Source of the DNA: a virus
DNA length: 64,000 bases
Direction: 5' to 3' (one strand)
Virus record (IMG/VR): IMGVR_UViG_3300010413_000025
Location: 3,192 to 67,191 of that record
Position 1 is the stretch's first letter, and each line of letters opens with the position of its first letter. Under the pieces are notes generated by a model. The model ran no database searches. It was not told the origin of the DNA and saw only the letters and a list, made by a program, of their open reading frames with translations. This document shows positions 9,057 to 18,721 of this stretch, in pieces. A program made the position numbers and the translations under genes.

Positions 9057-10756
9057 TGCGGTGTCCCTGTATCGGTGGCCGACGGGGTACCGCCCTGTGC
9101 GGCCTGATTAGGGGCCGCCGCTGGCTGCGGCTTCACGGCCCCGGGGTCCCGTGGGGTAACCCCCAGCGGGTGCTGGTGCGGGGGATCGCCAGCCGTGCCC
9201 GTGGCATCGCCGGTCGGTTCCCACTTGTGGCGGTGGCCATCGACAAGGTTCGTCCAGCCATTCGCCTGTAGCACGTGTGTGTGCCCTTCAGCTTCCCCGG
9301 TTTCATCACCGGCCATATTGCCCTGTTCCAGTTCGGCTTCGGTCAAGCCTTCCCGGTTCGGGGCTTCCAAATCCAGCAGGTCAACTTCCGTTTCTGCGTC
9401 GAATTCGTCCGACAGCAGGCCCCGCCGCTTCATTTCCTCCCAGTACGTCAGCTGGGAAATGTCACCACGCGCCCGCATTTCGCCCAGCGCCTTGATGTCT
9501 TCAGCGTCGCGCATGGTCAGGCTAAAGTCAGTGAATACGGCGACCGTGCCGCCCTGATCTTCGCCCAGACCCAGAAAGACGCCGAAATAATCCAGCATCT
9601 TCGCCAGTGCCTGTTCCAGTTCCCGGGCAAACATGCCCAGCGGGCTGTCGGATTCGGCCTGATCCAGAACGCGCGCGGTGGCCGTTGCCGTGCCGGATTT
9701 TCCCTTCACCAGCATGTTCAGGCCCATCTGCGACATGCGTGATTCAAGGTCCTGCAAATCCTGCCGCCCGGCTTCGATGCCCTTGCCGTTGTGTTCGACG
9801 TACTTCAGGTCGGACCCGGACTGGCCCTTGATGAACGTAGTCGCGCCGATATTTAGCTTCGTCACGGGGGCTTCGCTGTCGCCCAGTCCAGCGGCGAACA
9901 GGATCGGGACCCGGGCCACGTGCAGGATGTTTCGCTGGTCGCTGTCCGACTGCCAGTGGGTCACGTTCAGGTCGGCAAGGTCCATCATGGCCGGTTCGGC
10001 GGTCATGTAGCCGGTCTTGTTCGAATAGACGCCGATCAGTGGAATGAAGTCCAGCGCGACGCCCTTCACGGTCACTTCATAGCTGTCGATCAGGACCCAG
10101 TCCTGTTTGCCTTCGCCCACTTCCCGCAGTTCGAACAGGCGGTAAAAGCCCGGTTCCAGTACCCGGATTCGGTGCACTTCGGCCTGTTCAAATTCCCCGG
10201 TGTCTTCGTAGGATTCTTCTGCGATGCGGACCTGCGTCAGGACGCGTTTCCCGTTCCGGACTTCGGTCTTCCAGCCGATCACCTGCGTGGCCGAATAGTT
10301 CACGGCGTACGGGCGAATGTTGTTCGCCTTTTCTTCGGCAATCGTCGCGTCGGGATTGTTTCGCGGGAAGTCGACCAGAATGTACGACACCCCGTGGTTC
10401 AGGGAATCTTCGCCCAGTTGCTTGGCGAACACGTCCAGATCGGTGCCCTGCCCGTCGATGTTGTCGCGGTACTTTTCGATGCTGGCTGGCACGTCGTCTT
10501 TCAGCACGACCGGCTGTTTCAGGGGCTTCGCCACCAGCTTTTCGATTGTGTCGCGGTAGTAGTTCGTCAGGACCGACTGTTTCAGGCGCGCGTTGTAGGC
10601 GGCTTCGGGTTCTTCGGTCATGGGCGGCAGGTACTTTTTGCCAGCCTTGCGCATGGCCCGGGTGCCGCCCCACAGTGTGTCGACCATGTTCCAGTTCGGC
10701 CGCATTTCGGCGTACTGGTGGACGGGTACCGCTACGGGATTCGTGTTTTCGGTCAT
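9053..10756 (-). CDS. Portal protein (DUF4055 type) with His-rich C-terminal extension
   Basis: LWGGTRAMRKAGKKYLP...YNARL; DLADLNVTHWQSDSDQRNILHVARVP; follows TerL. Confidence 0.9.
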   Translation of the reverse strand: MTENTNPVAVPVHQYAEMRPNWNMVDTLWGGTRAMRKAGKKYLPPMTEEPEAAYNARLKQSVLTNYYRDTIEKLVAKPLKQPVVLKDDVPASIEKYRDNIDGQGTDLDVFAKQLGEDSLNHGVSYILVDFPRNNPDATIAEEKANNIRPYAVNYSATQVIGWKTEVRNGKRVLTQVRIAEESYEDTGEFEQAEVHRIRVLEPGFYRLFELREVGEGKQDWVLIDSYEVTVKGVALDFIPLIGVYSNKTGYMTAEPAMMDLADLNVTHWQSDSDQRNILHVARVPILFAAGLGDSEAPVTKLNIGATTFIKGQSGSDLKYVEHNGKGIEAGRQDLQDLESRMSQMGLNMLVKGKSGTATATARVLDQAESDSPLGMFARELEQALAKMLDYFGVFLGLGEDQGGTVAVFTDFSLTMRDAEDIKALGEMRARGDISQLTYWEEMKRRGLLSDEFDAETEVDLLDLEAPNREGLTEAELEQGNMAGDETGEAEGHTHVLQANGWTNLVDGHRHKWEPTGDATGTAGDPPHQHPLGVTPRDPGAVKPQPAAAPNQAAQGGTPSATDTGTPQ

Positions 10757-12162
10757 AGGTATAGCAACTCCGATGTCGCGCCGGTCTTGCGAACCGGGAA
10801 TTCCTTCACAATGTAGTAGCCCAGCCCGTCAGACAGGTGGGTAAGCTTCGGGTCGTGTTTCTTGTCGATTTCGCCCGATCCGCCTTCCAGCAGTCGGACG
10901 CCTTCAAAATCTTTCACTGTCATGGGGGCCGTCACCGGGTCGACCATCATGTGCAGGCTACCATCCCCGCCCTTCAGGCGGCTGTTCATCGCGTTGACCC
11001 GGGACCGTTCGCTGGGGTTAGCCGGGGGAACACGGAAAAATATCCGTTCGGTGCCGAAATGCGCGTACAGGTCGCGCTTTACCAAGTCCCAGTCACTGCC
11101 CGATTCGGCCGATGTCTTGCGGCTGCCGCCTGTCGCGTCGCCGTATATGAAAATCCGGCCTTCGTGCTTGCCCCAGTCGGCGATAAATTTCCGGATCACT
11201 GCGGGCGTGTTGCTGTTGCTTGGAATATGCACTTCGCCGATAACCCCCGTTCCAAATTCCGGCGGCGCTAATACGTTGCCCATCAGCTGTTTGCCGCCTA
11301 AATTGATCGGTGCCAGTCCAGCTTTGCGCAGCGGCAGTTCCATTTCCTGCGCAATGACCGCCGTCCCGGGGTTCACGTTGAAGTCAAGGCACAAAATCAG
11401 ATCACCTTTCGGATTATACCTGTCGCGCAGATTTGCGCAATGTGCGTTTTCGTCGAACGGGTAGTACGCCCGGCCTTGGAAGTTCACAAAGCTGGCTTCG
11501 TATTCCTGTTCGAACGACAGCGGGTCCAGTTCCTGCATTGCTGCGGCGATTTCCGCCGGTGGCAGGACCGTGGACGACTTCCACGTGAAGGTGGCCCAGT
11601 CTTCAAGTGTCTGGGCGCGCTTGTAAAGTTCGTAGTAATGGTTCCGGCCTTCGGGCACCCCCGTGAATATGCAGAATCCCATGCGGTCAGATAGCGCCGG
11701 GCGGACGTTTTCCTGCCACGCCTTCGGCTTCATGTTCGCGTATTCGTCAAGAATTCCCCCGTCCCACGGCGTGCCTTCGATACGTTCCGGCTTGTCCATG
11801 CCCACGACCCACAGCGTCGCGCCGTTGATCAGTTCAATGGACAGTTCGGTTTCGGACGGCTTGCGCGCGTACAGCGACGGGTGAACCATCGCCTTTAAGT
11901 CCTTCCAGAATATGCGTTTTGCCTGATCGCGGGTCGGTGCCCCGAAAAAATAATTCGGCGGTTTGGTGGACGCGGCCCGGATAGCCCGGTGGATCAGCTT
12001 CCGTTTTCCGATTTCGGTCTTCCCCGACCGACGCCCGGCTGGAACGACAATGAATCGCTTTTCACAATGCCAGAACGCGTTCTGGTCTTCGTGATCGCGA
12101 AGTTTTTCCCATCGGTCAGTGAGTAGTGAAGCTGCCACCGGCGGTTGCCCCTTCCATTTCAT
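10753..12162 (-). CDS. terL: Terminase large subunit
   Basis: AGRRSGKT Walker A, ILDE Walker B, FEQEYEASF, LDFNVNP nuclease, HLSDGLGY. Confidence 0.95.
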   Translation of the reverse strand: MKWKGQPPVAASLLTDRWEKLRDHEDQNAFWHCEKRFIVVPAGRRSGKTEIGKRKLIHRAIRAASTKPPNYFFGAPTRDQAKRIFWKDLKAMVHPSLYARKPSETELSIELINGATLWVVGMDKPERIEGTPWDGGILDEYANMKPKAWQENVRPALSDRMGFCIFTGVPEGRNHYYELYKRAQTLEDWATFTWKSSTVLPPAEIAAAMQELDPLSFEQEYEASFVNFQGRAYYPFDENAHCANLRDRYNPKGDLILCLDFNVNPGTAVIAQEMELPLRKAGLAPINLGGKQLMGNVLAPPEFGTGVIGEVHIPSNSNTPAVIRKFIADWGKHEGRIFIYGDATGGSRKTSAESGSDWDLVKRDLYAHFGTERIFFRVPPANPSERSRVNAMNSRLKGGDGSLHMMVDPVTAPMTVKDFEGVRLLEGGSGEIDKKHDPKLTHLSDGLGYYIVKEFPVRKTGATSELLYL

Positions 12163-12640
12163 CGGCCAGCTGGCGCAGCAGCTTGGCCTTGTCTTCGGCG
12201 GTTTCGTTGTCGCTGTTGTCTTCGAACAGCTTCAGGATTTCCGCCAGCTTATCGTTCGCGCGCTGGGCGTCGTGCAGTTCCAGTTCGATGCCATGCTGCG
12301 TCGGCTTTATTTTCTTGATGCGCCGCCGCTGCTCCGGGGTCAGGTCGTCGATGTTCTTCAGCTGGAACCAGCCCCCGCCCGCTTCGTCGCCACCGCGCTT
12401 AAAATATTCTGTGATGTCGCCGTTCGCGATTTCCGCATACCGCGCAATGACCCGTTCCCGGGTTTCCATGGCGGTGGTCAGCCCGGCCCGGCGGTCGTGC
12501 ACCATGATTTCGTTCACTTCCGGGTCAGCGAACCATTCGGCAGCCGTCGCGTCGTCGATCCCCACGAAGTCGGCAGCTTTCTTCAGGTTCCCAGTCGTCA
12601 CGACTTGGTAGGCGAACCGGCGTTTCTGTTCCGTCAGCAT
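12116..12640 (-). CDS. terS: Terminase small subunit
   Basis: MLTEQKRRF HTH start; IKKIKPTQHGIELELHD motif; overlaps terL. Confidence 0.8.
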   Translation of the reverse strand: MLTEQKRRFAYQVVTTGNLKKAADFVGIDDATAAEWFADPEVNEIMVHDRRAGLTTAMETRERVIARYAEIANGDITEYFKRGGDEAGGGWFQLKNIDDLTPEQRRRIKKIKPTQHGIELELHDAQRANDKLAEILKLFEDNSDNETAEDKAKLLRQLADEMEGATAGGSFTTH

Positions 12641-12655
12641 CCCGCAGACCTTCCC

Positions 12656-12723
12656 TATAAACACGTATACCGGGACATTTTCCAGTTTTGAAACTTGGGG
12701 TCAACCCTAAATTCCTAGCGACA
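12656..12723. repeat. Bipartite motif copy 1 (TATAAACACGTATACCGGG ... CCTAGCGACA)
   Basis: Identical 19-mer and 10-mer with identical spacing recur at 50591-50658. Confidence 0.8.
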
Positions 12724-12947
12724 CCGTAAGTTAGGGTAACCTGTTGATTTACAGCGGACAATAATTTTAGAGTAAACCCCAAAATATCCAGCCGAACGGA
12801 AATACTATTGCATTCTAGCTGGTATACAAAAGAAAGGATCGTAAGCTGCGGATAAGTAAATAGAAAGGATAGGTCATATACCATATACCTACCCAAATAT
12901 GAAACCTGCCCAGATAGGGGACTAATGATTTGACCCTAGTATGCTAG

Positions 12948-13292
12948 TTATAGGGAAAGTCCTACCCGGTAGGTGTTGTCCACGTCCGTTAAATCGCGAT
13001 AAATCATAGACTTCTGATCGTTTTCCAGCTGCGAAAGCGTACATACTGGGATGTCCAGAAGGGCCGCCGCTTCCCGCTGCGACAGCGCGTGCCGCCTGCG
13101 CATCAGCCACAGTTCTTCCCCCGGCGATGCCATCACCGGCAGGTACCGATCTTCGATGAACTGGTACGGGGTTAGAATACCGCGTTCGATCAGCCGCACG
13201 TGATGCAGCCCGACCCCGAAAGTCCGGCCCGCTTCCAGTTGCGACAATTTATTTCGACGGCGCCAGATCAGCCAGCGTTCGACCAGCGTCAT
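12948..13292 (-). CDS. XRE-family protein with two HTH units
   Basis: WRRRNKLSQLEAG...IERG and MRRRHALSQREAAALLDI...LSQLEN. Confidence 0.75.
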   Translation of the reverse strand: MTLVERWLIWRRRNKLSQLEAGRTFGVGLHHVRLIERGILTPYQFIEDRYLPVMASPGEELWLMRRRHALSQREAAALLDIPVCTLSQLENDQKSMIYRDLTDVDNTYRVGLSL

Positions 13293-13458
13293 TCCCGGCC
13301 CCTTTGAAAATTGATAATGTCAGCCGTTCCCGATGTCCGCTTTTTTGTCCGCTTTGCCGCGAACCGAATCGCCTGATTCGCCTGTGCAAATTCGGCGGTG
13401 GCCGCCCGTAGGCGCGCGCAGGCGTCCCGTAGAATGTCCGCTTGCCGTCGCAGGGCCT

Positions 13459-13806
13459 TCATGGGGCCTTGTACCCAGCCAGCGTTCTATAGATCACAGG
13501 GCGCCCCACAGCCTGCGCAGCTTCGATGCCCAGCATCATTCCCGGGGAAATCCCCCGGTCGGTATACACCACCGTCGCGTCCGCCAGTGCGACATATTCC
13601 AGCCCGGCGTTGATCCCCAGCTGGCGTTCGATCTGTTTCTTGTCGTCCAGCAGTCCCGGCTGGTCGTACAGCAGGTGCGAAGCAAAAGGGGCTTCGCCGT
13701 ACACAATCAGGCATTCCCGGCAGCAGGCCCGCGCGTACACGCGGTTCGACTCCCGTTCCTGATCCGTATCCGCCGCTAACGGCGATTCGACCACGACGCG
13801 TTTCAT
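13459..13806 (-). CDS. Nucleoside deoxyribosyltransferase-like phage protein
   Basis: VVVESPLA...YARACCRECL..GEAPFASHLLY...VVYTDRGISPGM. Confidence 0.6.
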   Translation of the reverse strand: MKRVVVESPLAADTDQERESNRVYARACCRECLIVYGEAPFASHLLYDQPGLLDDKKQIERQLGINAGLEYVALADATVVYTDRGISPGMMLGIEAAQAVGRPVIYRTLAGYKAP

Positions 13807-13824
13807 GGCGTCCCCCTGTCATGT

Positions 13825-14004
13825 TCAGAACACTTCCCGCAGGTCAGCTTCGATGCTGGTTTGAACGTCGACCAGTTCGTGCCCGCCGGAAAGTATTCGT
13901 GCCAGTGTCCATTCCACGTCGATTCGCTTCACCACGACACCCGATGTCCTTGCATAGTTCCGCAGCAGCAGGTCCAGCTGCCGGTGAAAGTCTTTGTCGC
14001 TCAT
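13825..14004 (-). CDS. Hypothetical protein (59 aa)
   Basis: Hand-translated MSDKDFHRQLDLLLRNY...; ATGA overlap. Confidence 0.5.
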   Translation of the reverse strand: MSDKDFHRQLDLLLRNYARTSGVVVKRIDVEWTLARILSGGHELVDVQTSIEADLREVF

Positions 14005-14192
14005 TTCGTCACCTTTTCAATAAACAGGATTCGGCCCGGCGGTATCCAGTACCGGGCGTCGCTTCCCCACGTGTATTCCATGTCTTCGTTCAGCCAGAAC
14101 CCTTCCGTGAATCTGTCGAACTGGTCCGCCGTAACGTACTTCCGGACGTAGCCCCACATGAACCAGCACAGGTATTCAGTCGTCGTCGTCAT
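14001..14192 (-). CDS. Hypothetical protein
   Basis: ORF fits the gene packing. Confidence 0.45.
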   Translation of the reverse strand: MTTTTEYLCWFMWGYVRKYVTADQFDRFTEGFWLNEDMEYTWGSDARYWIPPGRILFIEKVTK

Positions 14193-14403
14193 GCTGCCGC
14201 CCCTGCGCAGGTTTGCAGAATCCCCCGGGCATATTCGCCGCGCGTTCTTCCAGCGTCGGCTGCCGCGCGAACGGGTTCTGGTCCCCCGGCCCACGAATAG
14301 CCACCCATTCGTCGCCCTTGTGCGTTTTGCGCCACAGGGTCCCGTCTTCGGTCAGTGCCCACACGTACGCACTGGTCGATTGGAACTGTTTTATCTTCCG
14401 CAC
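14176..14403 (-). CDS. Hypothetical protein
   Basis: GTG start; YVWALTEDGTLW motif. Confidence 0.45.
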   Translation of the reverse strand: MRKIKQFQSTSAYVWALTEDGTLWRKTHKGDEWVAIRGPGDQNPFARQPTLEERAANMPGGFCKPAQGRQHDDDD

Positions 14404-14726
14404 AGTTCCACCATATAGCCACCAGTCGCCAGATCGTGCGTTTCCTTCGCTTCCAGATCGTATTCGCTGATCGCCGCCAGTATGACCCACGCCGTCGACA
14501 TGCGCGGCGAATGGACAGACCGGCCCGAGTACGCGAAAGCCCCGATCAGTGCCCGGCACTGTGCAATCGTCAGGTCGCGTGCTGCCCCCGGCGGCCATGC
14601 AAAGAACTGGTCGGCCCGTAGGGTCCAGCGGCCGTCGCCGTAGGCCATGTAGTTGGCGAATGTCGCTGGCAGGGGATTTCCCAGCCGATCCGACACAGCC
14701 CAGTGCATACCGTCGCCCGCGTACAT
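14391..14726 (-). CDS. Hypothetical protein
   Basis: ORF directly after the SSB-like gene. Confidence 0.5.
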   Translation of the reverse strand: MYAGDGMHWAVSDRLGNPLPATFANYMAYGDGRWTLRADQFFAWPPGAARDLTIAQCRALIGAFAYSGRSVHSPRMSTAWVILAAISEYDLEAKETHDLATGGYMVELCGR

Positions 14727-14727
14727 G

Positions 14728-14979
14728 CTAAAACGGAATATCTTCGTCGATGCTGCCAGCAGGCGGCGTCCGGCCGGACGGTGCACCGTCGTCGTCGCGT
14801 GGCGCCTTCAGGCTGACGGAAAAGAACTTGCCGTTCTTGCCTTCCTTCAGCCAGCAGGCCACGTCCAGCAGCTGCCCGTCGGGCGTGCGGACCTGTCCCT
14901 TGTAGTCCGGGTGTTTGTCTTCCTTTTTGTACTGGTTCCGGAAAATTGACCCATTCCCCGGTTTGATTTCGTACGCCAT
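14728..14979 (-). CDS. Small ssDNA-binding-like protein (DUF736-like)
   Basis: GSIFRN..K..KHPDYKG...VACW.K...GKFFSVS and SSB-type DEDIPF tail. Confidence 0.7.
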   Translation of the reverse strand: MAYEIKPGNGSIFRNQYKKEDKHPDYKGQVRTPDGQLLDVACWLKEGKNGKFFSVSLKAPRDDDGAPSGRTPPAGSIDEDIPF

Positions 14980-15599
14980 CACTTCGCCCCTTTCCAGTCG
15001 TCGTATTTGTGGATGCCCCAGACTATCGCCCGCAGCACCCAAATGAATGAGTAGCTATACCGTTCTGTCCCGCCACCGTCGAAAAAGTCCTGAAACTGGA
15101 AAAACTTCCTGCGTTCCGACGGGCCATACCGAAATTCGAAATCCTGTACAGCGTGATAAGCTTCCCATTCATTGTCGGCCCTGTCCAGCACTGATTCCTT
15201 GACTTCCACGCGGCATTCGTCGCGGGCGTCCGGGTAGTCGGTGTCTTCCCAGTAGTCGCGAAAATATTGTTCGACACGGTCGCGAAATTCCTTTTCGTCG
15301 AATTCCCGGTACCCGCCGTTCGTCGCCACTGCCTGAAGCTTTTCGCCCCAGTAGCCCGGATTGATTGATTCGTGCCGAAAGAACGTGAACATGTCGCGCA
15401 CCCGGCTGAACACGTATGTTCCCATGTCCCCCGAAATGCACAGGTGCCCCGGCCATGTTGTCAGGTCAAACCAGTAGGTCCCCGACTCCGGTCGCTTGAA
15501 CCGGATGTGACGATATGCGTCGTTGCCGTCCATGATCACTTCGATTCCGTGCGTCGCCACGTCGGCCAGAAACCGGTCCTGATCGGGTTCGTACTTCAC
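14979..15599 (-). CDS. Conserved phage hypothetical protein
   Basis: YRHIRFKRPESGTYWFDLTTWPGHLCISGDMGTYVFSR; GTG start. Confidence 0.65.
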   Translation of the reverse strand: MKYEPDQDRFLADVATHGIEVIMDGNDAYRHIRFKRPESGTYWFDLTTWPGHLCISGDMGTYVFSRVRDMFTFFRHESINPGYWGEKLQAVATNGGYREFDEKEFRDRVEQYFRDYWEDTDYPDARDECRVEVKESVLDRADNEWEAYHAVQDFEFRYGPSERRKFFQFQDFFDGGGTERYSYSFIWVLRAIVWGIHKYDDWKGAK

Positions 15600-16297
15600 A
15601 GCAGCGTCGCCCGGCGCAACCCACGCCACGGGATGATTTTCACGGTCTGCGTGTCCGGTGAAATCGGCGACCGTTCGCTGCTTTGGATTCGCACGTACCG
15701 GATGCCAGCCGACAGGATCACGCCGGATACAGTTCCGCCGACGAATTCGAACCGCATCGGGATTCCCGGGTGTTCGTCCACAAAGTCGAAAATTTCCCCT
15801 GCGGCAGCGTCGGCCGTGCATTCAAACATCACGTCGCCCGGCTTCGGGCCAACTGGTACAAACACGACTTCCCCCGGGCGCATCACTGTCGGCGCGTCGA
15901 ATTCCAGATAGTCACTGATTGACTGATTCGCGGCAGCCACAGCGCGTTTCGCTTCCCCGCTGTCGATCACCACACGGCCGCTTCCGAACAGGTCGACCAT
16001 CGTCTTCAGTGCGTCCAGTGCCGAAATGTACCGCGCCCGCATCGCCTCATAGTCGGCCCGCTGTTCCAGCAGTTCGTTGTTCAGTTCCTTGTTCGCGCGT
16101 TCCGACATGGTCAGATTATATTCGGCCGCGTCGTACGCGCTGCGCGAAGTCTGGGCGTCGCGTTCGGCGTTTTCGGCCCGGCGCCGCTGGTCGTAGTAGT
16201 CGCGGCGCGCGCTGTCGCGTTCCTTGCGCGTGATCGCTTCCTGCTTTTTCCAGTCCACTTCGCGGACGTTGTGTGCGTCGGTGTATTCGGTGGTCAT
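15596..16297 (-). CDS. Coiled-coil hypothetical protein
   Basis: ORF track; heptad-rich N-terminal half. Confidence 0.6.
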   Translation of the reverse strand: MTTEYTDAHNVREVDWKKQEAITRKERDSARRDYYDQRRRAENAERDAQTSRSAYDAAEYNLTMSERANKELNNELLEQRADYEAMRARYISALDALKTMVDLFGSGRVVIDSGEAKRAVAAANQSISDYLEFDAPTVMRPGEVVFVPVGPKPGDVMFECTADAAAGEIFDFVDEHPGIPMRFEFVGGTVSGVILSAGIRYVRIQSSERSPISPDTQTVKIIPWRGLRRATLL

Positions 16298-16668
16298 GCC
16301 TGCGCTTCCTTATCCTGATTGATGTAGGGATAGTTCGACGGCCGCAGTTCTTCACGGCCAGTCGCCGGGTGTTTGTGACTGGTCTGTTCGCGAATCCGGA
16401 AAAATCCTTTGTACTGCGGATATTTTTCCATGAACCACCGCGCATAGAACGGACGATAGTTGTTGTTCAGAACAAATTCGTCTTCACCGGCAAGCCGCGC
16501 CGCGTCGGTTTCCCAACGAATGCGCTCGAAAATGGCATAGGCCGAATAGTTCTTGAACCCGCGCGCGATGCGGTCGAATGTGAACCGCACGAACATTTTC
16601 CAGATTTGCGGGTGCGCCTTGTTATATTCGTTGGCGGCCTTCAGTAGTTCATCGTATCGGGTAGCCAT
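16294..16668 (-). CDS. Conserved phage hypothetical protein
   Basis: HPQIWKMF...YSAYAIFERIRW...LNNNYRPFYARWF. Confidence 0.65.
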   Translation of the reverse strand: MATRYDELLKAANEYNKAHPQIWKMFVRFTFDRIARGFKNYSAYAIFERIRWETDAARLAGEDEFVLNNNYRPFYARWFMEKYPQYKGFFRIREQTSHKHPATGREELRPSNYPYINQDKEAQA

Positions 16669-17021
16669 CAGTCTTCCCCGCAGAAAGAACGAACCAGCTT
16701 CAGGGCCTGTTCGGCATCCCCTAGCATGATTTCGTCAATGGTTCGGCGCATCGTTGTTTCGATGCGGGCTTTGCGTCTTGCGAACGACGGGTGCACCTTC
16801 TGTTCGAACGGCTTGAAGTCGAATGCGTTCACCACGTCGGTGTAGTTCGAAATTTCCTTGACGGTGCGGCGCATCTTCACCTTTCCCGTGCGCAGCAGTT
16901 CGGCCCGGCGTTGACTGGTCAGCGGTTCGCCCACCGTGCATTCGTCCTTCAGCCGTTTGATCATATTCGCCGCGTGTTCTTCCACGCGGGACACGGCATA
17001 ATCTTTCTGTGCCTTGTTCAT
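16668..17021 (-). CDS. Hypothetical protein
   Basis: ORF with AAGGGGA SD. Confidence 0.6.
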   Translation of the reverse strand: MNKAQKDYAVSRVEEHAANMIKRLKDECTVGEPLTSQRRAELLRTGKVKMRRTVKEISNYTDVVNAFDFKPFEQKVHPSFARRKARIETTMRRTIDEIMLGDAEQALKLVRSFCGED

Positions 17022-17032
17022 CGCTGTTCCCC

Positions 17033-17254
17033 TTAGTCAGTGGCAGCGGGCGCCATAGCGGCCCGGCCTTCGTCTTCCGGCAGTTCTACCAGTGCCGGTT
17101 CGGGCGCGATGTCTTCCACGTACACGCTTGACCCCGATATGTAGGAAATTTCCAGCGCCTTGCCTTCCAGCGCGGTTCCTTTCAGCAGGACCGTCCGCAC
17201 GTAGTGTTCGACGGCCTTGTTCATGTCGCTACTATTCAGTTCGATTCGCATCAC
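17033..17254 (-). CDS. Hypothetical protein
   Basis: ORF fits the gene packing. Confidence 0.5.
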   Translation of the reverse strand: MMRIELNSSDMNKAVEHYVRTVLLKGTALEGKALEISYISGSSVYVEDIAPEPALVELPEDEGRAAMAPAATD

Positions 17255-17715
17255 AGCACCTTTACCAAAAGGCCCAGCCAGTAGAACTTCCCGCCTGTGG
17301 TTGTATCCAGAACGGGACCTGTCAGGCCGTCAATGTCACGACCGGCCGGACAGTGTTCCAGCTGGTCACCTTTACAAATTACAGTGTGGGCCACCCCCAG
17401 CGTGCCCTGTGCAGTCACGATGTACCGCTGGTCGTCCCCGATGTACGCTGCCGCGCTTTTCAGGAATTCGGCCGGGCTTATATCGTCACTTGTGAATGGC
17501 ATTTCAACGAACTTCAGGCCCCACACGTCGCCCAGCCACTTGTTCATTCGTGCCAGTGCCGTGGCCGCCTTCGCATCGTCGTCGACGCCGTGCATGACAT
17601 GCGGGACCTGCATCGGACAATCAAGGTCCAGCAGACACGCGATACACGTCCGGAAACAGTCGCCCCAGTTGTCGTTTTCGGGGTCGTGTCTGATCATTTG
17701 GTGGTGATACTTCAT
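17251..17715 (-). CDS. Papain-fold (C39-like) hypothetical protein
   Basis: Q...GDCFRTCIACLL and later HTVI...HCP, consistent with a Cys-His dyad. Confidence 0.5.
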   Translation of the reverse strand: MKYHHQMIRHDPENDNWGDCFRTCIACLLDLDCPMQVPHVMHGVDDDAKAATALARMNKWLGDVWGLKFVEMPFTSDDISPAEFLKSAAAYIGDDQRYIVTAQGTLGVAHTVICKGDQLEHCPAGRDIDGLTGPVLDTTTGGKFYWLGLLVKVL

Positions 17716-18002
17716 GCCAGCCCCTGCCTGATCCGACGCGCGCATTCCCGCTTGCCTTGATGCGGCATGTACTTCGACCGATCCCCGGCGTACTTCAGGC
17801 GCCACGTGGGCCGCATACCCGGAACCGGGACGCCTGTCGTCTTGTCCGTGCGGCCGGTCATGTAGCCGTTCCACTGCGGCTTGTCGGGTGCTTCCCAGTT
17901 CGGACCGCGCTTGCGCTTCGACTTCACGGGTTCAGACCGCATCGACGGCAGCCGCTTGACCAGTGCCAGCGTGACCATGTTCATCAGTTCCGAAATTTTC
18001 AT
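17712..18002 (-). CDS. Basic hypothetical protein
   Basis: RSKYMPHQGKRECARR motif. Confidence 0.55.
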   Translation of the reverse strand: MKISELMNMVTLALVKRLPSMRSEPVKSKRKRGPNWEAPDKPQWNGYMTGRTDKTTGVPVPGMRPTWRLKYAGDRSKYMPHQGKRECARRIRQGLA

Positions 18003-18054
18003 GCTTTACCCTTTCTGTAGTGTGCGTTCAGTTTCCGATCTGGCGGGTGCCCTG

Positions 18055-18480
18055 TCAACACCCTGCCGACAAAATTTTTCCCAGTTCTTCCCAGTCCATG
18101 CGCGAAATCCAGACGCGTGTCGCGATGTCCATCAGTTCGTCTTTCGGCAGCTGCCCGAATTCCTGCGCCTGCCGCCAGTCGAACAGGAAATGATCCCGGC
18201 CGATCTGCGCGAACAGCCACGCGTTCCCAGCCTTGCTTCCCTTTGCCTTCAGGAAATTTTTCTGTTCTGGCGTGTAATGCGGACAGCGAACAATAGTGCC
18301 CGGCCGTTTCGGGTACGCCTTCAGGTACTTTAGTTCCATCCAGCCGTGTTTCCCGCCGCAGCAAAACGACACGTCGGAAACGCCCGGCGTCAGCTTTTCT
18401 TCATGCCGGGTCGCTTCGTCCCAGTGTCGGCCCCGGCCCATGCCCTGCCGTATCTTGTGCCACAGGCTATTTTCAGACAT
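18055..18480 (-). CDS. PD-(D/E)xK nuclease, VRR-NUC/Holliday-junction resolvase-like
   Basis: MSENSLW...TPGVSDV...GWMELK...TPEQKNF. Confidence 0.75.
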   Translation of the reverse strand: MSENSLWHKIRQGMGRGRHWDEATRHEEKLTPGVSDVSFCCGGKHGWMELKYLKAYPKRPGTIVRCPHYTPEQKNFLKAKGSKAGNAWLFAQIGRDHFLFDWRQAQEFGQLPKDELMDIATRVWISRMDWEELGKILSAGC

Positions 18481-18721
18481 GGCGGCGCGCGGCTTCCACT
18501 TCGTCTTCGGTTTCGACGGGTGCCTTCAGCCACGAAATACGCAGGCTGGCCACCAGCAGGGCAAAGATCACCGTCCGGCCACCAGCTTGGAAACCCAGCT
18601 TCCAGTTCCAGCCACCACCGAACCGCCCCATGAATCCGTCGGCTTTGCGCATTGACAGTTCGACCAGTAGCCGCCCGATGTATGCGCGCTTGCAGAATGA
18701 ATACGTGCTGAACCAGTTCAT
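18473..18721 (-). CDS. Hypothetical protein
   Basis: ORF track; overlapping neighbours. Confidence 0.5.
   Translation of the reverse strand: MNWFSTYSFCKRAYIGRLLVELSMRKADGFMGRFGGGWNWKLGFQAGGRTVIFALLVASLRISWLKAPVETEDEVEAARRHV

Noticed and set aside
12714-12745. GTCGCTAG in the bipartite motif as another sigma28 -10 box
   Set aside because: No TAAAG -35 box at the required spacing in either copy
12948-13292. XRE gene as a lysogeny repressor
   Set aside because: No integrase, divergent cro/cI switch or peptidase domain seen; a plasmid-like prophage cannot be fully excluded, but no ParA is present
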